From: Clostridiales bacterium
GTDB taxonomy: Bacteria; Bacillota; Clostridia; Christensenellales; UBA1242
DNA: 64,000 nt
Reading direction: 5' to 3'
Assembly: GCA_015069415.1 (NCBI GenBank)
Contig: SVIQ01000005.1
Span: 27,415 to 91,414 of the forward strand
Made by a program: the position numbers and the translations under genes
Part shown: positions 35,551 through 48,415 of the stretch, piece by piece
Numbering within the stretch: position 1 is the stretch's first letter
Layout of the letters: every line of letters starts with the position of its first letter
Notes under the pieces: model-generated
What the model was told of the DNA's origin: nothing
The model's input: only the letters and a program-made list of their open reading frames with translations
Database searches by the model: none

Positions 35551-36784
35551 TGTTGTAACTTTAGGGTGTAAAGTAAATGAGTATGAAAGCCAATCAATTT
35601 TAAATCAGTTAAAAAACGAAGGATATGAAATTGCTGAGGGTTTGGTTTACGCTGACGTCTACATTGTAAACACTTGTGCAGTAACAAACACGGGAGAGAG
35701 AAAATCTCGTCAAGTAATAACAAAAATTTTAAAAATTAATCCTAATGCAAAAATTGTAGTTTGTGGTTGTGCTGTTCAAAATGATCCGAGTAAATTTTTA
35801 GTAAACAAGAATGTTATTGCTTTAACAGGAAACTCTGGAAAACATGAAATTATGAAATTCATAGAAAATGAAAATAAAGTTTTACCAGAAATTGAACATG
35901 CAATATATCACGATATGGCAAGACCAATTGAAACAAGAACAAGGCAGTATATTAAAATTCAAGATGGTTGCAATTACTTTTGTTCATATTGCATTATTCC
36001 TTACTTAAGAGGAAGAAGTAGAAGTAGAGATTTAGATGATATCATTGATGAAATAAGTTCTACAAAAGCAGAGGAAATTGTTCTTACCGGAATAAATATG
36101 TCAGATTATCGCATTGATGGAAATCTTGCATTGAAAACATTAATTCAGGAAGTTGACAAGCTAAATAAAAGGTTTAGAATTTCTTCCATTGAATGTAAAG
36201 TTCTTGATGATGAAATGATTGAGCTACTAAAAAATGCAAAGAATTTCTGTCCACATTTTCATTTGAGTTTGCAGTCGGCTTGCGATGAAACTCTAAAAAG
36301 AATGAACAGACGTTATTCAATTGAAGAGTTTAAAGAAATTGTAAAGAAAATTCGTAAAAATTTCCCACTTGCATCAATTTCAACTGATATAATTGTTGGA
36401 TTTAAGGGAGAAACTGATGAAGAATTTAATGAGACTATAAAAAACCTTCAAGAATTAAAATTTAGTTTTATGCATATTTTCCCATATAGTGAAAGAAGTG
36501 GAACAATGGCAAGCCGTATGACAGGAGATGTTGACAAATGCATTGTAAAACAAAGGGAAAAAGTTTTGCAAAAATTAAATGAAGAATTTAAACATGAATT
36601 TTTCTTGAAAAATGAGGAAACAATTCATTCAGTGCTAATTGAAGAAATTGTAGACGGGTTTTCTGTAGGTTACACAGATAATTATATTTACACTTACATT
36701 CCTGAAAAGTTGGAAGTAGGTAAAATTGTCAATGTGAAACTAAAAGAAGAATATTTAAATGGAATGATAGGAGAAAAGGAGTAA
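35540..36784 (+). CDS. mtaB: tRNA t6A methylthiotransferase MtaB (MiaB-family radical SAM)
   Basis: UPF0004 N-terminal domain, GCNYFCSYCIIPYLRG, TRAM-like C-terminus. Conserved rsmE-mtaB synteny. Confidence 0.75.
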   Translation: MKASVVTLGCKVNEYESQSILNQLKNEGYEIAEGLVYADVYIVNTCAVTNTGERKSRQVITKILKINPNAKIVVCGCAVQNDPSKFLVNKNVIALTGNSGKHEIMKFIENENKVLPEIEHAIYHDMARPIETRTRQYIKIQDGCNYFCSYCIIPYLRGRSRSRDLDDIIDEISSTKAEEIVLTGINMSDYRIDGNLALKTLIQEVDKLNKRFRISSIECKVLDDEMIELLKNAKNFCPHFHLSLQSACDETLKRMNRRYSIEEFKEIVKKIRKNFPLASISTDIIVGFKGETDEEFNETIKNLQELKFSFMHIFPYSERSGTMASRMTGDVDKCIVKQREKVLQKLNEEFKHEFFLKNEETIHSVLIEEIVDGFSVGYTDNYIYTYIPEKLEVGKIVNVKLKEEYLNGMIGEKE

Positions 36785-36787
36785 ATT

Positions 36788-37123
36788 ATGGAAGATTGTG
36801 TATTTTGTAAAATTAGAAAAGGTGAAATTCCTTCAACAGTTCTTTACAAGGATGAAGAAATGATGATCATTAAAGATATCAACCCTAAAGCCAAAGTTCA
36901 TTTGATTGCTATTCCAAACGAACATGTTCCAATGATTGAAATGATGACGACTGAAGGTTGCTGTGAACTTGGTAAATTTATGGGTAAAATATCTCATATG
37001 CAAGAAGAATTGGGACTAACAAATGGTTATCGTTTAATTATCAATCAAGGTGAACACGCAGGTCAAACTGTTGGTCATGTTCATGTTCATATCCTTGGTG
37101 GAGAACAATTAAAAGATTTCTAA
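36788..37123 (+). CDS. HIT-family nucleotide hydrolase (Hint-like)
   Basis: Histidine triad HVHVHILGG, 111 aa. Confidence 0.85.
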   Translation: MEDCVFCKIRKGEIPSTVLYKDEEMMIIKDINPKAKVHLIAIPNEHVPMIEMMTTEGCCELGKFMGKISHMQEELGLTNGYRLIINQGEHAGQTVGHVHVHILGGEQLKDF

Positions 37124-37252
37124 TATTCAACTTATAAAACGTTAATCGTTTACGCATAATTCATTAAAGTCAATGTTTTTGTCTTTAAGTTTTATTTCTT
37201 ATTTGTTAATATTGAAATTTTTACAATAATTGATAAATATTTCATAAAACTC

Positions 37253-37281
37253 TTGACAATTGTTAAAATTTAGAGTAAAAT
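37253..37281 (+). promoter_or_regulatory. sigma-A promoter of rpsU
   Basis: TTGACA, 17-nt spacer, TAAAAT. Confidence 0.6.
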
Positions 37282-37308
37282 AACATAGAATTTTTAACAA
37301 AAAGGCGG

Positions 37309-37506
37309 GTGAAAAAGTTGACTACAGTTCGTTGCGGTGAAAATGAATCATTAGAAAGCGCATTAAAACGTTTCAAACGTAAGTGCCAAAAAGATGGTAT
37401 CATTGGCGATTTGAAAAAGAAAATTGAGTACAAAAAGCCAAGTGTTGCTAAGAAAGAAAAACAAAAAGCTGCTCGTAAACGTGCTATGAAAAAATCACGT
37501 TACTAA
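37309..37506 (+). CDS. rpsU: 30S ribosomal protein S21
   Basis: ...VRCGENESLESALKRFKRKCQKDG...KKPSVAKKEKQKAARKR. The start is ambiguous: GTG at 37309 or TTG at 37318. The TTG gives MTTVRCGENESL, which is more S21-like. Confidence 0.9.
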   Translation: MKKLTTVRCGENESLESALKRFKRKCQKDGIIGDLKKKIEYKKPSVAKKEKQKAARKRAMKKSRY

Positions 37507-37513
37507 AACTTAT

Positions 37514-37539
37514 TCACTAGGTCGCCCCTAGTGATTTTT
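37514..37539 (+). terminator. rho-independent terminator after rpsU
   Basis: 8-bp stem TCACTAGG/CCTAGTGA followed by T5. Confidence 0.7.
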
Positions 37540-37555
37540 GTTTGAAGGAGGATTT

Positions 37556-38062
37556 ATGGATTTAATTGAAATTTGGAATTTGGCATTGCAATTTCAAGAA
37601 AGAATTATTATGAAAGATCAAGCAAGAGGAGATGTATTGCTTAACATTGAATTGTCGGTAGCTGAAACATGTGATCAAATTGACTTAATGACAAGATCTG
37701 CAAACCTTTACAAATATAGACATGAATTAGAAATTTTAAGAGACCATGTAAAGTTTTTGAGAACTAAACATTTTGAAGGTAAACCTTATCTTTTAACTTC
37801 AGGCAAGAGTGGTATTTTGGTTGACTTGTGGAATGTGGCTGAAAAGTTTTGTGTTTTAATGTATTCTCAAGATCAAGCAGAGAAAAGAAGCATCACTAAG
37901 GATATTGTATTAAAAGATTTGAACACACTCATTTCAAGCAATCTTGACAAGAGTGAAATTTGTAATCAGTTGGAAAGAATTAAAAAGCAAATTGAAAGTT
38001 ACTTACAAACAGGAGTTTTGGTTAAAATTCAAAAACCTGTAAGTGATGCATACAGTTTTTAA
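37556..38062 (+). CDS. hypothetical protein with an internal two-fold repeat
   Basis: GGAGG RBS before the ATG at 37556. Residues 2-23 (DLIEIWNLALQFQERIIMKDQA) align with ILVDLWNVAEKFCVLMYSQDQA further on. No family recognised. Confidence 0.5.
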   Translation: MDLIEIWNLALQFQERIIMKDQARGDVLLNIELSVAETCDQIDLMTRSANLYKYRHELEILRDHVKFLRTKHFEGKPYLLTSGKSGILVDLWNVAEKFCVLMYSQDQAEKRSITKDIVLKDLNTLISSNLDKSEICNQLERIKKQIESYLQTGVLVKIQKPVSDAYSF

Positions 38063-38072
38063 AAGAAATAAA

Positions 38073-38105
38073 AAGTTGAAACGCTTGCAGTTCAGCTTTT
38101 TTTTT
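38073..38105 (+). terminator. rho-independent terminator
   Basis: 8-bp stem AAGTTGAA/TTCAGCTT (one G-U pair) followed by T9. Confidence 0.55.
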
Positions 38106-38119
38106 GGTATAATGTAATC

Positions 38120-42290
<4,171 letters not shown>

Positions 42291-42345
42291 TCTAAGACAT
42301 TATAAAAATTCAACAAGCATTTAGATTACAAAAAAATTTTATTGT

Positions 42346-42927
42346 ATGTTAAAACCAAAAAGGATTAGAATGATGAATACTCAGGATAAATTAATTAATT
42401 GTGATTTATGTGGCAAGTTACCTAAATTGATAGAAAATTCTGTACAATATGGAACTACAAATTTTATAATTATTGGAGAAAGTCCTGCAAAAGATGGTTG
42501 GATAGAAAGTAAACGTGCTTTTTACAACACTTCTGGTAAATTACAAGGCACTGGAAGAGTGCTAGAAAAACTTTTAAATAATATTGGATTAACTATATCT
42601 GATATTTATTTTACAGAGTGTTGTAAATGCATTATATCTGATAGGCGTAATTTAGAAAAATGTTCAAAAAATTGCATGCCTATATTGATAGAGCAATTAA
42701 ATGATATTCCTTGCGAAATCATACTAACTATGGGAGTTCATCCAACACAAGCAATTTTGCAAACTAAAATAAAAAAATTTGCTGATTATGTTGGGAAAGA
42801 ATTTGATATAAGTTTGGGAAATAAAAAATATAAACTTATACCAATATATCACCCGAGTCCATTGAATCCGAAAGGTTATAAGGAGAATGTTCCAATTTTT
42901 GATAAAATAAAAAAGAACTCAATTTAA
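42346..42927 (+). CDS. uracil-DNA glycosylase superfamily protein (family 4/5-like)
   Basis: IIIGESPAKDGW (GE-x-P motif A) and IYHPSPLN (HPS motif B). A better-placed alternative start is the ATG at 42370. Confidence 0.6.
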   Translation: MLKPKRIRMMNTQDKLINCDLCGKLPKLIENSVQYGTTNFIIIGESPAKDGWIESKRAFYNTSGKLQGTGRVLEKLLNNIGLTISDIYFTECCKCIISDRRNLEKCSKNCMPILIEQLNDIPCEIILTMGVHPTQAILQTKIKKFADYVGKEFDISLGNKKYKLIPIYHPSPLNPKGYKENVPIFDKIKKNSI

Positions 42928-42942
42928 ATATTGAGTTTTTTT
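42916..42942 (+). terminator. rho-independent terminator after the UDG-family gene
   Basis: 8-bp stem AACTCAAT/ATTGAGTT followed by T7. Confidence 0.65.
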
Positions 42943-43049
42943 ACTAGTTTCGAAATCTCGCCAACTTATGTGTATTTTTTGTTTTGGTAATTGTATTAAA
43001 AGTTATATTTTGTGTAATGAAAAAATTAGTAGAAAACACCTTTATTTAT

Positions 43050-43078
43050 TTGGAAAATGATTTATTTTTTGTTATAAT
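43050..43078 (+). promoter_or_regulatory. sigma-A promoter of smc
   Basis: TTGGAA, 17-nt spacer, TGt-TATAAT. Confidence 0.5.
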
Positions 43079-43107
43079 AAAACTATTAAAACCAATTAGG
43101 GGAACAT

Positions 43108-46100
43108 ATGATAACATTTAAAGAAATAGACATGGTTGGCTTTAAATCGTTTGCAGACCACACTCAGATTAGTTTTGATGGCGGTATCACTGGTATCGTT
43201 GGTCCAAATGGTTGCGGAAAGTCAAATGTTAGTGATGCAATTAGATGGGTGCTAGGTGAACAATCTAGTAAAGCTTTGCGTGGAAAGAGCATGCAAGACG
43301 TCATCTTTGCTGGAACAGAAAAAAGAAAGAAGTTGAGTTACTGTGAAGTATCTCTTGTTTTTGACAACACTAACAAATGGTTTAACATTGATTATGATGA
43401 GGTCGTTATAACTCGTAAACTTTATAGAAGTGGAGAAAGTGAGTACCAAATCAATCGTAAACCTTGTAGATTAAAAGATATTCGTGACATTTTATATGAC
43501 AGCGGTATTGGTAAAGATGGTTATTCAATCATCGGACAAGGACGAGTTGAAGAAATCATTCAATCAAAACCAGAAGAACGTCGTTCAATTTTCGAAGAGG
43601 CTGCTGGTATTGCGAAGTACAAAGCTCGTAAAGTTGAAACAGAAAACAGACTTGAGAGAGTAAGGGAAAATTTAAGTCGTGCTACCGACATTTTAACTGA
43701 AGTAGAACGCCGTCTTGGACCTCTTAAACGTCAAAGTGAAGATGCTAAAAAGTACTTAGAATATAGAGACGAATTAAAAGCTCTTGAAATCAATGCTTAC
43801 ATTTATCAATATGACCATGCATCTAGCATTAAGAAAGAAATTAATGAAAAATTAACTGGTTACAAAGATAACCTTAATGTTTTAACTAATTCATTAGAAA
43901 CTGAGCAAGCAAAGTATGACAAATCTTTAAATGAAATTAACGCGCTCGACAGAAAAGCAAATGAAATTCACGAAGAAGTTTTACGTCATACCATTGCTCT
44001 TGAAAAACGTCAAAGTGACAGTAGATTATTAAACGAACAAACAAAGCATTTACGAGAGCAAATTGAAAGACTTACTAATGAATTAAATCAGTACGAACTT
44101 GATTTAAAACAACGTACAGTTTTAGTTGAAAATGCTAGTTTACAAAAGAAAGACGAAGAAGAAGCTTTAAGAAAGTTAAGAGAAGAAAGGGATGTAAACA
44201 CTGAAAATTACTTAAAATTAGTTGATGAAATTTCATTAACTGAAGGAGCAAAAGAAGAAAGCCAAAAGAATATCATTGACAACCTTTCAAAACTCACTGA
44301 CATCAAGGCAAATTTGTCTGGATACAAAGCAAAACGCGAAACATTGATGGAAAATATTTCTCAAGATAAATTAAAACTCGAAGAAGCTAACAAGGAAAAA
44401 TTGAATTCTGAATTGGAATTTAGAGATTTGGATAAAATTGTAAGTGACCTTTATTCTTCGAAACAAGCGAAAGAGAAAAATATTGTTAGTCTTCAAGAAA
44501 AAATGCAAACATTGACAAGTTCAATTGAAAATTTAAATTCAGACATTTATTCATTAAAAACTGCTATTTCAAATGATACTAACAGAAAGAATATTTTAGT
44601 AAATTTACAAGCGGACTTTGAAGGTTATCAATTTGCAGTTAAACGTTTACTTCAAGAGGGTAAGAAAAACCCTGTTTTATCTAAAGCTATTAAAGGAGTT
44701 GTTGGAAACATTATTAGTGTTGACGAGAAATTCCAAACAGCCATTGAAATTGCTTTAGGCGGAAGCATTCAAAACGTTGTAACTCAAAATGAAGAAGACA
44801 CAAAAATCTTAATCAACTACTTAAAAGAAGCAAAAGTAGGACGAGCAACATTCCTTCCAATTAGTGCTGTAAAACCTAGATTTTTGTCTAGTTCTGACAG
44901 AAAATTCTTGTCTAGCAAGGGAGTGTATGGAGTAGCTAACGAATTAGTAAAAACTGATTCTATGTATCGTCCTGTTATCGACAGTTTGCTTGGAAACACT
45001 GTAGTTTGTGAGAATTTAGATGATGCTGTTGCTATTGCAAAATCTAGTGGTTATGCGTTTAGAATTGTAACACTTGAAGGCGACATTTTATCACCACAAG
45101 GCAGTATGTCTGGTGGTAGCAAGAAAAGTAACGATAGCTCTCTTTTAAATAAAGACAAAGAGATTAAAAATCTTACTAAAAACATTGATGATAATACAAA
45201 AGAATTAGAAATTTTAACAGAAGAATATAATTCTCAAATTCAATCAATGAACAAGATAAAAGAATTGCTTGCAAACGAAAGAGAAACTTTGACTTCAATT
45301 AACAGTGATTACTACACAAACAACACTAAACTTGAAGGATTAAAAAGTTTAATTGAAACCAAGAGTGAACAAATTTTCTCAATTACAAGTCAAATTAAAG
45401 TTGCTGAAGATATGGTTGAAAGCTTGAGTTCTCAAATTGATTCTATTGACCAAGTAGAACAAGATTATCACACAGCACAAGCGCAAGCAGGAGCTGAAAG
45501 AGAAACTAAAAATTCAGTATACGTTGAACTTAAAAAACGTAAAGAAGATTACATTGAAATGATGACATCTTCTCGTGTAGACATTGCTTCAAAAGAAGAA
45601 AAAATACGTGCGTTAAGTAAAGATATTGAAAATAACAGTGTTGAAATTGAAGGACTCAACGCAAACATTGAAAGAGTCAAGAGAGAATTGGAATCAGAAC
45701 AAAAAGTTTTCGATGAAGTCGTTGCTATGAACATTAGCAAAGAAGACAAAGAGGAAACTGCTTCTCTAGAAGCAAAACTTCAAGAATTAAATGGTAAAAT
45801 TTCTCAATTTGATGACTTTAAAGCTTCACTTATGCGTGAGCTTAAAGATTTGGATGAGAAAAAATCAAACATTACAAACGACATTTCTCGTATGAACAAC
45901 AAAATCTATCAAGAAGAAGCAAAACTTCAAAAAGTAGATATTGATATTGAAAACATGCAAGAAAGAATTTACGAAGAATACGAGATGACATATAATGATT
46001 GTCTTCCTTTCAAAGCTCAAGACGAAAATTATGACATTAAGGAAAATCTCTCTCGAATCAGTAGACTTAAAGGTCAAATTACATCTCTTGGATACGTAAA

Positions 46101-46707
46101 CGTAAATGCTATTGAAGAGTACAAATCTGAAGGTGCAAGATTTGAAGAGATGAACGGTCAAATTGAAGACTTGAAGAGAGCAGAAGAAGATGCTGTTAAG
46201 ATTATCAAAGACTTGTCAATGGAAATGCTTGATAAATTCAACACTGAATTTGTTAAAATTCAAGAGAATTTCACAAAAGTATTCAAAGAATTGTTCGGTG
46301 GCGGAAATGCAAGACTTGAACTTCTTCCAAGCGATGATCCGCTTACTGCTGGAGTTGAAATTATTGCTCAACCACCTGGAAAAGTTTTGTCTAACATTAC
46401 ACTTCTTAGTGGTGGAGAAAAGACAATGACAGCAATTGCTATCTTGTTTGCAATTTTAAAATTAAAGCCAATGCCTTTCTGTTTCTTAGACGAAATTGAA
46501 GCGGCTCTTGATGACGCAAACATTGATAGATACGCAAAATACTTAAAGCGTTTCAGTGATGACACTCAATTCATTGTTATTACACACAGAAAACCAACAA
46601 TGGAAGTTGTTGACACATTGTATGGTGTAACAATGGAAGAAAAAGGTGTTAGTAAAATAGTTTCAGTAAAACTCGCTGAAGCTGTAAAACAAGTTAATGC
46701 CAACTAA
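43108..46707 (+). CDS. smc: chromosome segregation protein SMC
   Basis: GPNGCGKSNVSDAIRWVLGEQS, long coiled coils, a hinge, and a C-terminal LSGGEKTMTAIAILFA plus FCFLDEIEAALD. Confidence 0.95.
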   Translation: MITFKEIDMVGFKSFADHTQISFDGGITGIVGPNGCGKSNVSDAIRWVLGEQSSKALRGKSMQDVIFAGTEKRKKLSYCEVSLVFDNTNKWFNIDYDEVVITRKLYRSGESEYQINRKPCRLKDIRDILYDSGIGKDGYSIIGQGRVEEIIQSKPEERRSIFEEAAGIAKYKARKVETENRLERVRENLSRATDILTEVERRLGPLKRQSEDAKKYLEYRDELKALEINAYIYQYDHASSIKKEINEKLTGYKDNLNVLTNSLETEQAKYDKSLNEINALDRKANEIHEEVLRHTIALEKRQSDSRLLNEQTKHLREQIERLTNELNQYELDLKQRTVLVENASLQKKDEEEALRKLREERDVNTENYLKLVDEISLTEGAKEESQKNIIDNLSKLTDIKANLSGYKAKRETLMENISQDKLKLEEANKEKLNSELEFRDLDKIVSDLYSSKQAKEKNIVSLQEKMQTLTSSIENLNSDIYSLKTAISNDTNRKNILVNLQADFEGYQFAVKRLLQEGKKNPVLSKAIKGVVGNIISVDEKFQTAIEIALGGSIQNVVTQNEEDTKILINYLKEAKVGRATFLPISAVKPRFLSSSDRKFLSSKGVYGVANELVKTDSMYRPVIDSLLGNTVVCENLDDAVAIAKSSGYAFRIVTLEGDILSPQGSMSGGSKKSNDSSLLNKDKEIKNLTKNIDDNTKELEILTEEYNSQIQSMNKIKELLANERETLTSINSDYYTNNTKLEGLKSLIETKSEQIFSITSQIKVAEDMVESLSSQIDSIDQVEQDYHTAQAQAGAERETKNSVYVELKKRKEDYIEMMTSSRVDIASKEEKIRALSKDIENNSVEIEGLNANIERVKRELESEQKVFDEVVAMNISKEDKEETASLEAKLQELNGKISQFDDFKASLMRELKDLDEKKSNITNDISRMNNKIYQEEAKLQKVDIDIENMQERIYEEYEMTYNDCLPFKAQDENYDIKENLSRISRLKGQITSLGYVNVNAIEEYKSEGARFEEMNGQIEDLKRAEEDAVKIIKDLSMEMLDKFNTEFVKIQENFTKVFKELFGGGNARLELLPSDDPLTAGVEIIAQPPGKVLSNITLLSGGEKTMTAIAILFAILKLKPMPFCFLDEIEAALDDANIDRYAKYLKRFSDDTQFIVITHRKPTMEVVDTLYGVTMEEKGVSKIVSVKLAEAVKQVNAN

Positions 46708-46764
46708 CAATATGCATTGCAGTTAGTGTTAAAAATACACAATATATAGTAACATGGAGTAAGT

Positions 46765-47628
46765 ATGGGAATATTCAAAAAGTTTTTTGAAAAGTTAAAA
46801 TATACATTCAAAAGAACTGAATTAAATGATGATTTTTATGACGAACTAGAATCTGTTTTGGTGTCCAGTGATATGGGTGTAGAAACCGCTATGGACATCA
46901 TGGATGAACTTAGGGATATTTGTAAGGCTAAATTAATTAAAGAAGCAGATTTGGCTGAAAAAGAATTAAAATCACTCTTAATTCAAAAACTTGAAGCCGA
47001 GAAAGTAGATTTTAAATTCCCACTTATCATAACGGTTGTTGGAGTAAATGGTGTTGGTAAGACTACATCAATTGCAAAGATGACAAAATACTTTTTAAAC
47101 AAGAAAAAATCAGTAATGCTTGCCGCAGGTGACACGTTCCGTGCGGCAGCTACTGAGCAACTTAATATGTGGGCAGACAGACTTAAAGTGAAAATAGTGA
47201 AACAAGGAGAGGGTGCAGATTCTGCTTCTGTTGTGTTTGATGCGATTAAAAGCGCAAAGGCTAAAAATACAGATGTTTTAATCGTTGACACTGCTGGTCG
47301 TCTTCACACTAAAACCAACCTTATGAAAGAGTTGGAAAAAATCAATAATATTGTAAATAGAGAGTACCCAGAAGCAATGAAATTAAATTTAATTGTTTTG
47401 GATGCATCGATCGGACAAAATTCAATTGCTCAAGTAAAAGCTTTTAAGGATAGTGTTGATATTGACGGAATTATTTTAACCAAGCTTGATGGAACAAGTA
47501 AAGGTGGAGTAGTTTATCCAATTATTAATGAATTACATGTTCCGATTATATTTACAGGGTTTGGTGAAACTGTAGAAGATATGGACGTGTTTGATCCTGA
47601 GAATTTTGTTGAGAAAATATTAATGTAA
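46765..47628 (+). CDS. ftsY: signal recognition particle receptor FtsY (NG domain only, no acidic A domain)
   Basis: GVNGVGKTTSIAK, DTAGR, TKLDG, 287 aa. Confidence 0.9.
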   Translation: MGIFKKFFEKLKYTFKRTELNDDFYDELESVLVSSDMGVETAMDIMDELRDICKAKLIKEADLAEKELKSLLIQKLEAEKVDFKFPLIITVVGVNGVGKTTSIAKMTKYFLNKKKSVMLAAGDTFRAAATEQLNMWADRLKVKIVKQGEGADSASVVFDAIKSAKAKNTDVLIVDTAGRLHTKTNLMKELEKINNIVNREYPEAMKLNLIVLDASIGQNSIAQVKAFKDSVDIDGIILTKLDGTSKGGVVYPIINELHVPIIFTGFGETVEDMDVFDPENFVEKILM

Positions 47629-47643
47629 GGGTGCTCGAAGATT

Positions 47644-47696
47644 TGCCGTTCACTAAACGGACGTTTGCAAGCGCAAATCCTAAGTCGTTCAGGCAA
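47644..47696. repeat. conserved core, copy 1 (53 nt)
   Basis: TGCCGTTCACTAAACGGACGTTTGCAAGCGCAAATCCTAAGTCGTTCAGGCAA. It differs from copy 2 at 5 of 53 positions (47645, 47649, 47661, 47670, 47691). Confidence 0.9.
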
Positions 47697-47750
47697 AAAC
47701 TTCTCGCACTGGGTTAAAAGGTGTTTAAAATAAAGAGGGAATCAGTTTTT

Positions 47751-47803
47751 TACCGCTCACTAAACGGTCGTTTGCATGCGCAAATCCTAAGTCGTTCGGG
47801 CAA
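47751..47803. repeat. conserved core, copy 2 (53 nt)
   Basis: TACCGCTCACTAAACGGTCGTTTGCATGCGCAAATCCTAAGTCGTTCGGGCAA, offset 107 nt from copy 1. Confidence 0.9.
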
Positions 47804-47845
47804 TAAATCTTCGACTATGTTAAGAAGTTTTATTTAGGAGAAAAT

Positions 47846-48415
47846 ATGGATAATATAAAAAATCAAATTAAAAATTTTAAACCGTTCAATGAACAAGAAG
47901 AAAAGGATAAAGAATATTTGTTGAAATTTATCGACTCTTTTGATGATACGTTAACAAGAGAAAATATATTTGGTCATTTTTGTGCTTCAGCATTTGTTCT
48001 TAATAAAGAGAGAACAAAAATCTTGTTAGTTGATCATAATATTTTTAAGGGCTATATATTTCCAGGCGGGCATGTAGACGGAGAAAAGGATTTCTTAAAA
48101 GTTGCACTTGAAGAAGTTGAAGAAGAAACGGGAGTAAAAGCAAAACCTATAAACAATGAAATATTTTCGTTGTGGACTTGCGCTGTATCAAGACATATTA
48201 AAAATGGGAAATTTATTCCGTCACATATACATTTAGATGTTAATTTCTTGTGTGAAGCGGATGAAAGCGAAAAGTTAACTATAAAACCAGATGAAAATAA
48301 AAATGTTATTTGGGCGGATATCAATGAAATCGGAAAATCGATCAAGTTAGTTGATTTCTTCCAATTAGAATATGAAAAATTCTTGCAAAAGTTAAAGGTA
48401 CTCAATGAAAATTAA
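47846..48415 (+). CDS. NUDIX hydrolase
   Basis: Nudix box GGHVDGEKDFLKVALEEVEEETGV (GX5EX7[R->L]EUXEEXGU). AGGAG RBS. Confidence 0.8.
   Translation: MDNIKNQIKNFKPFNEQEEKDKEYLLKFIDSFDDTLTRENIFGHFCASAFVLNKERTKILLVDHNIFKGYIFPGGHVDGEKDFLKVALEEVEEETGVKAKPINNEIFSLWTCAVSRHIKNGKFIPSHIHLDVNFLCEADESEKLTIKPDENKNVIWADINEIGKSIKLVDFFQLEYEKFLQKLKVLNEN

Larger units (their letters stand above)
47629..47842. repeat. tandem duplication of a 107-bp unit (47629-47735 and 47736-47842); candidate structured RNA or palindromic extragenic element
   Basis: Direct comparison shows the unit flanks are diverged but alignable and the central 53 nt are nearly identical. The G+C content is far above that of every other intergenic region in the window. 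Confidence 0.8.

Noticed and set aside
47514-47696. 60-aa minus-strand ORF (MPERLRICACKRPFSERQIFEHP...) running antisense into the 3' end of ftsY.
   Set aside because: As a 60-aa protein it is not credible, because most of it is antisense to ftsY. The second repeat copy also terminates after 17 codons. Only the short conserved 17-codon segment is kept, as an alternative hypothesis in the repeat finding.
47629-47845. Match of the tandem element to known RNA families. By memory I compared it with the glycine, c-di-GMP-I, guanidine-I/II/III, purine/2'-dG, ZTP, fluoride, preQ1 and NAD+ riboswitches, with the T-box, and with SRP RNA domain IV.
   Set aside because: None of the conserved cores of those families is present. 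This is a by-eye comparison and not a covariance-model search, so it is not definitive.
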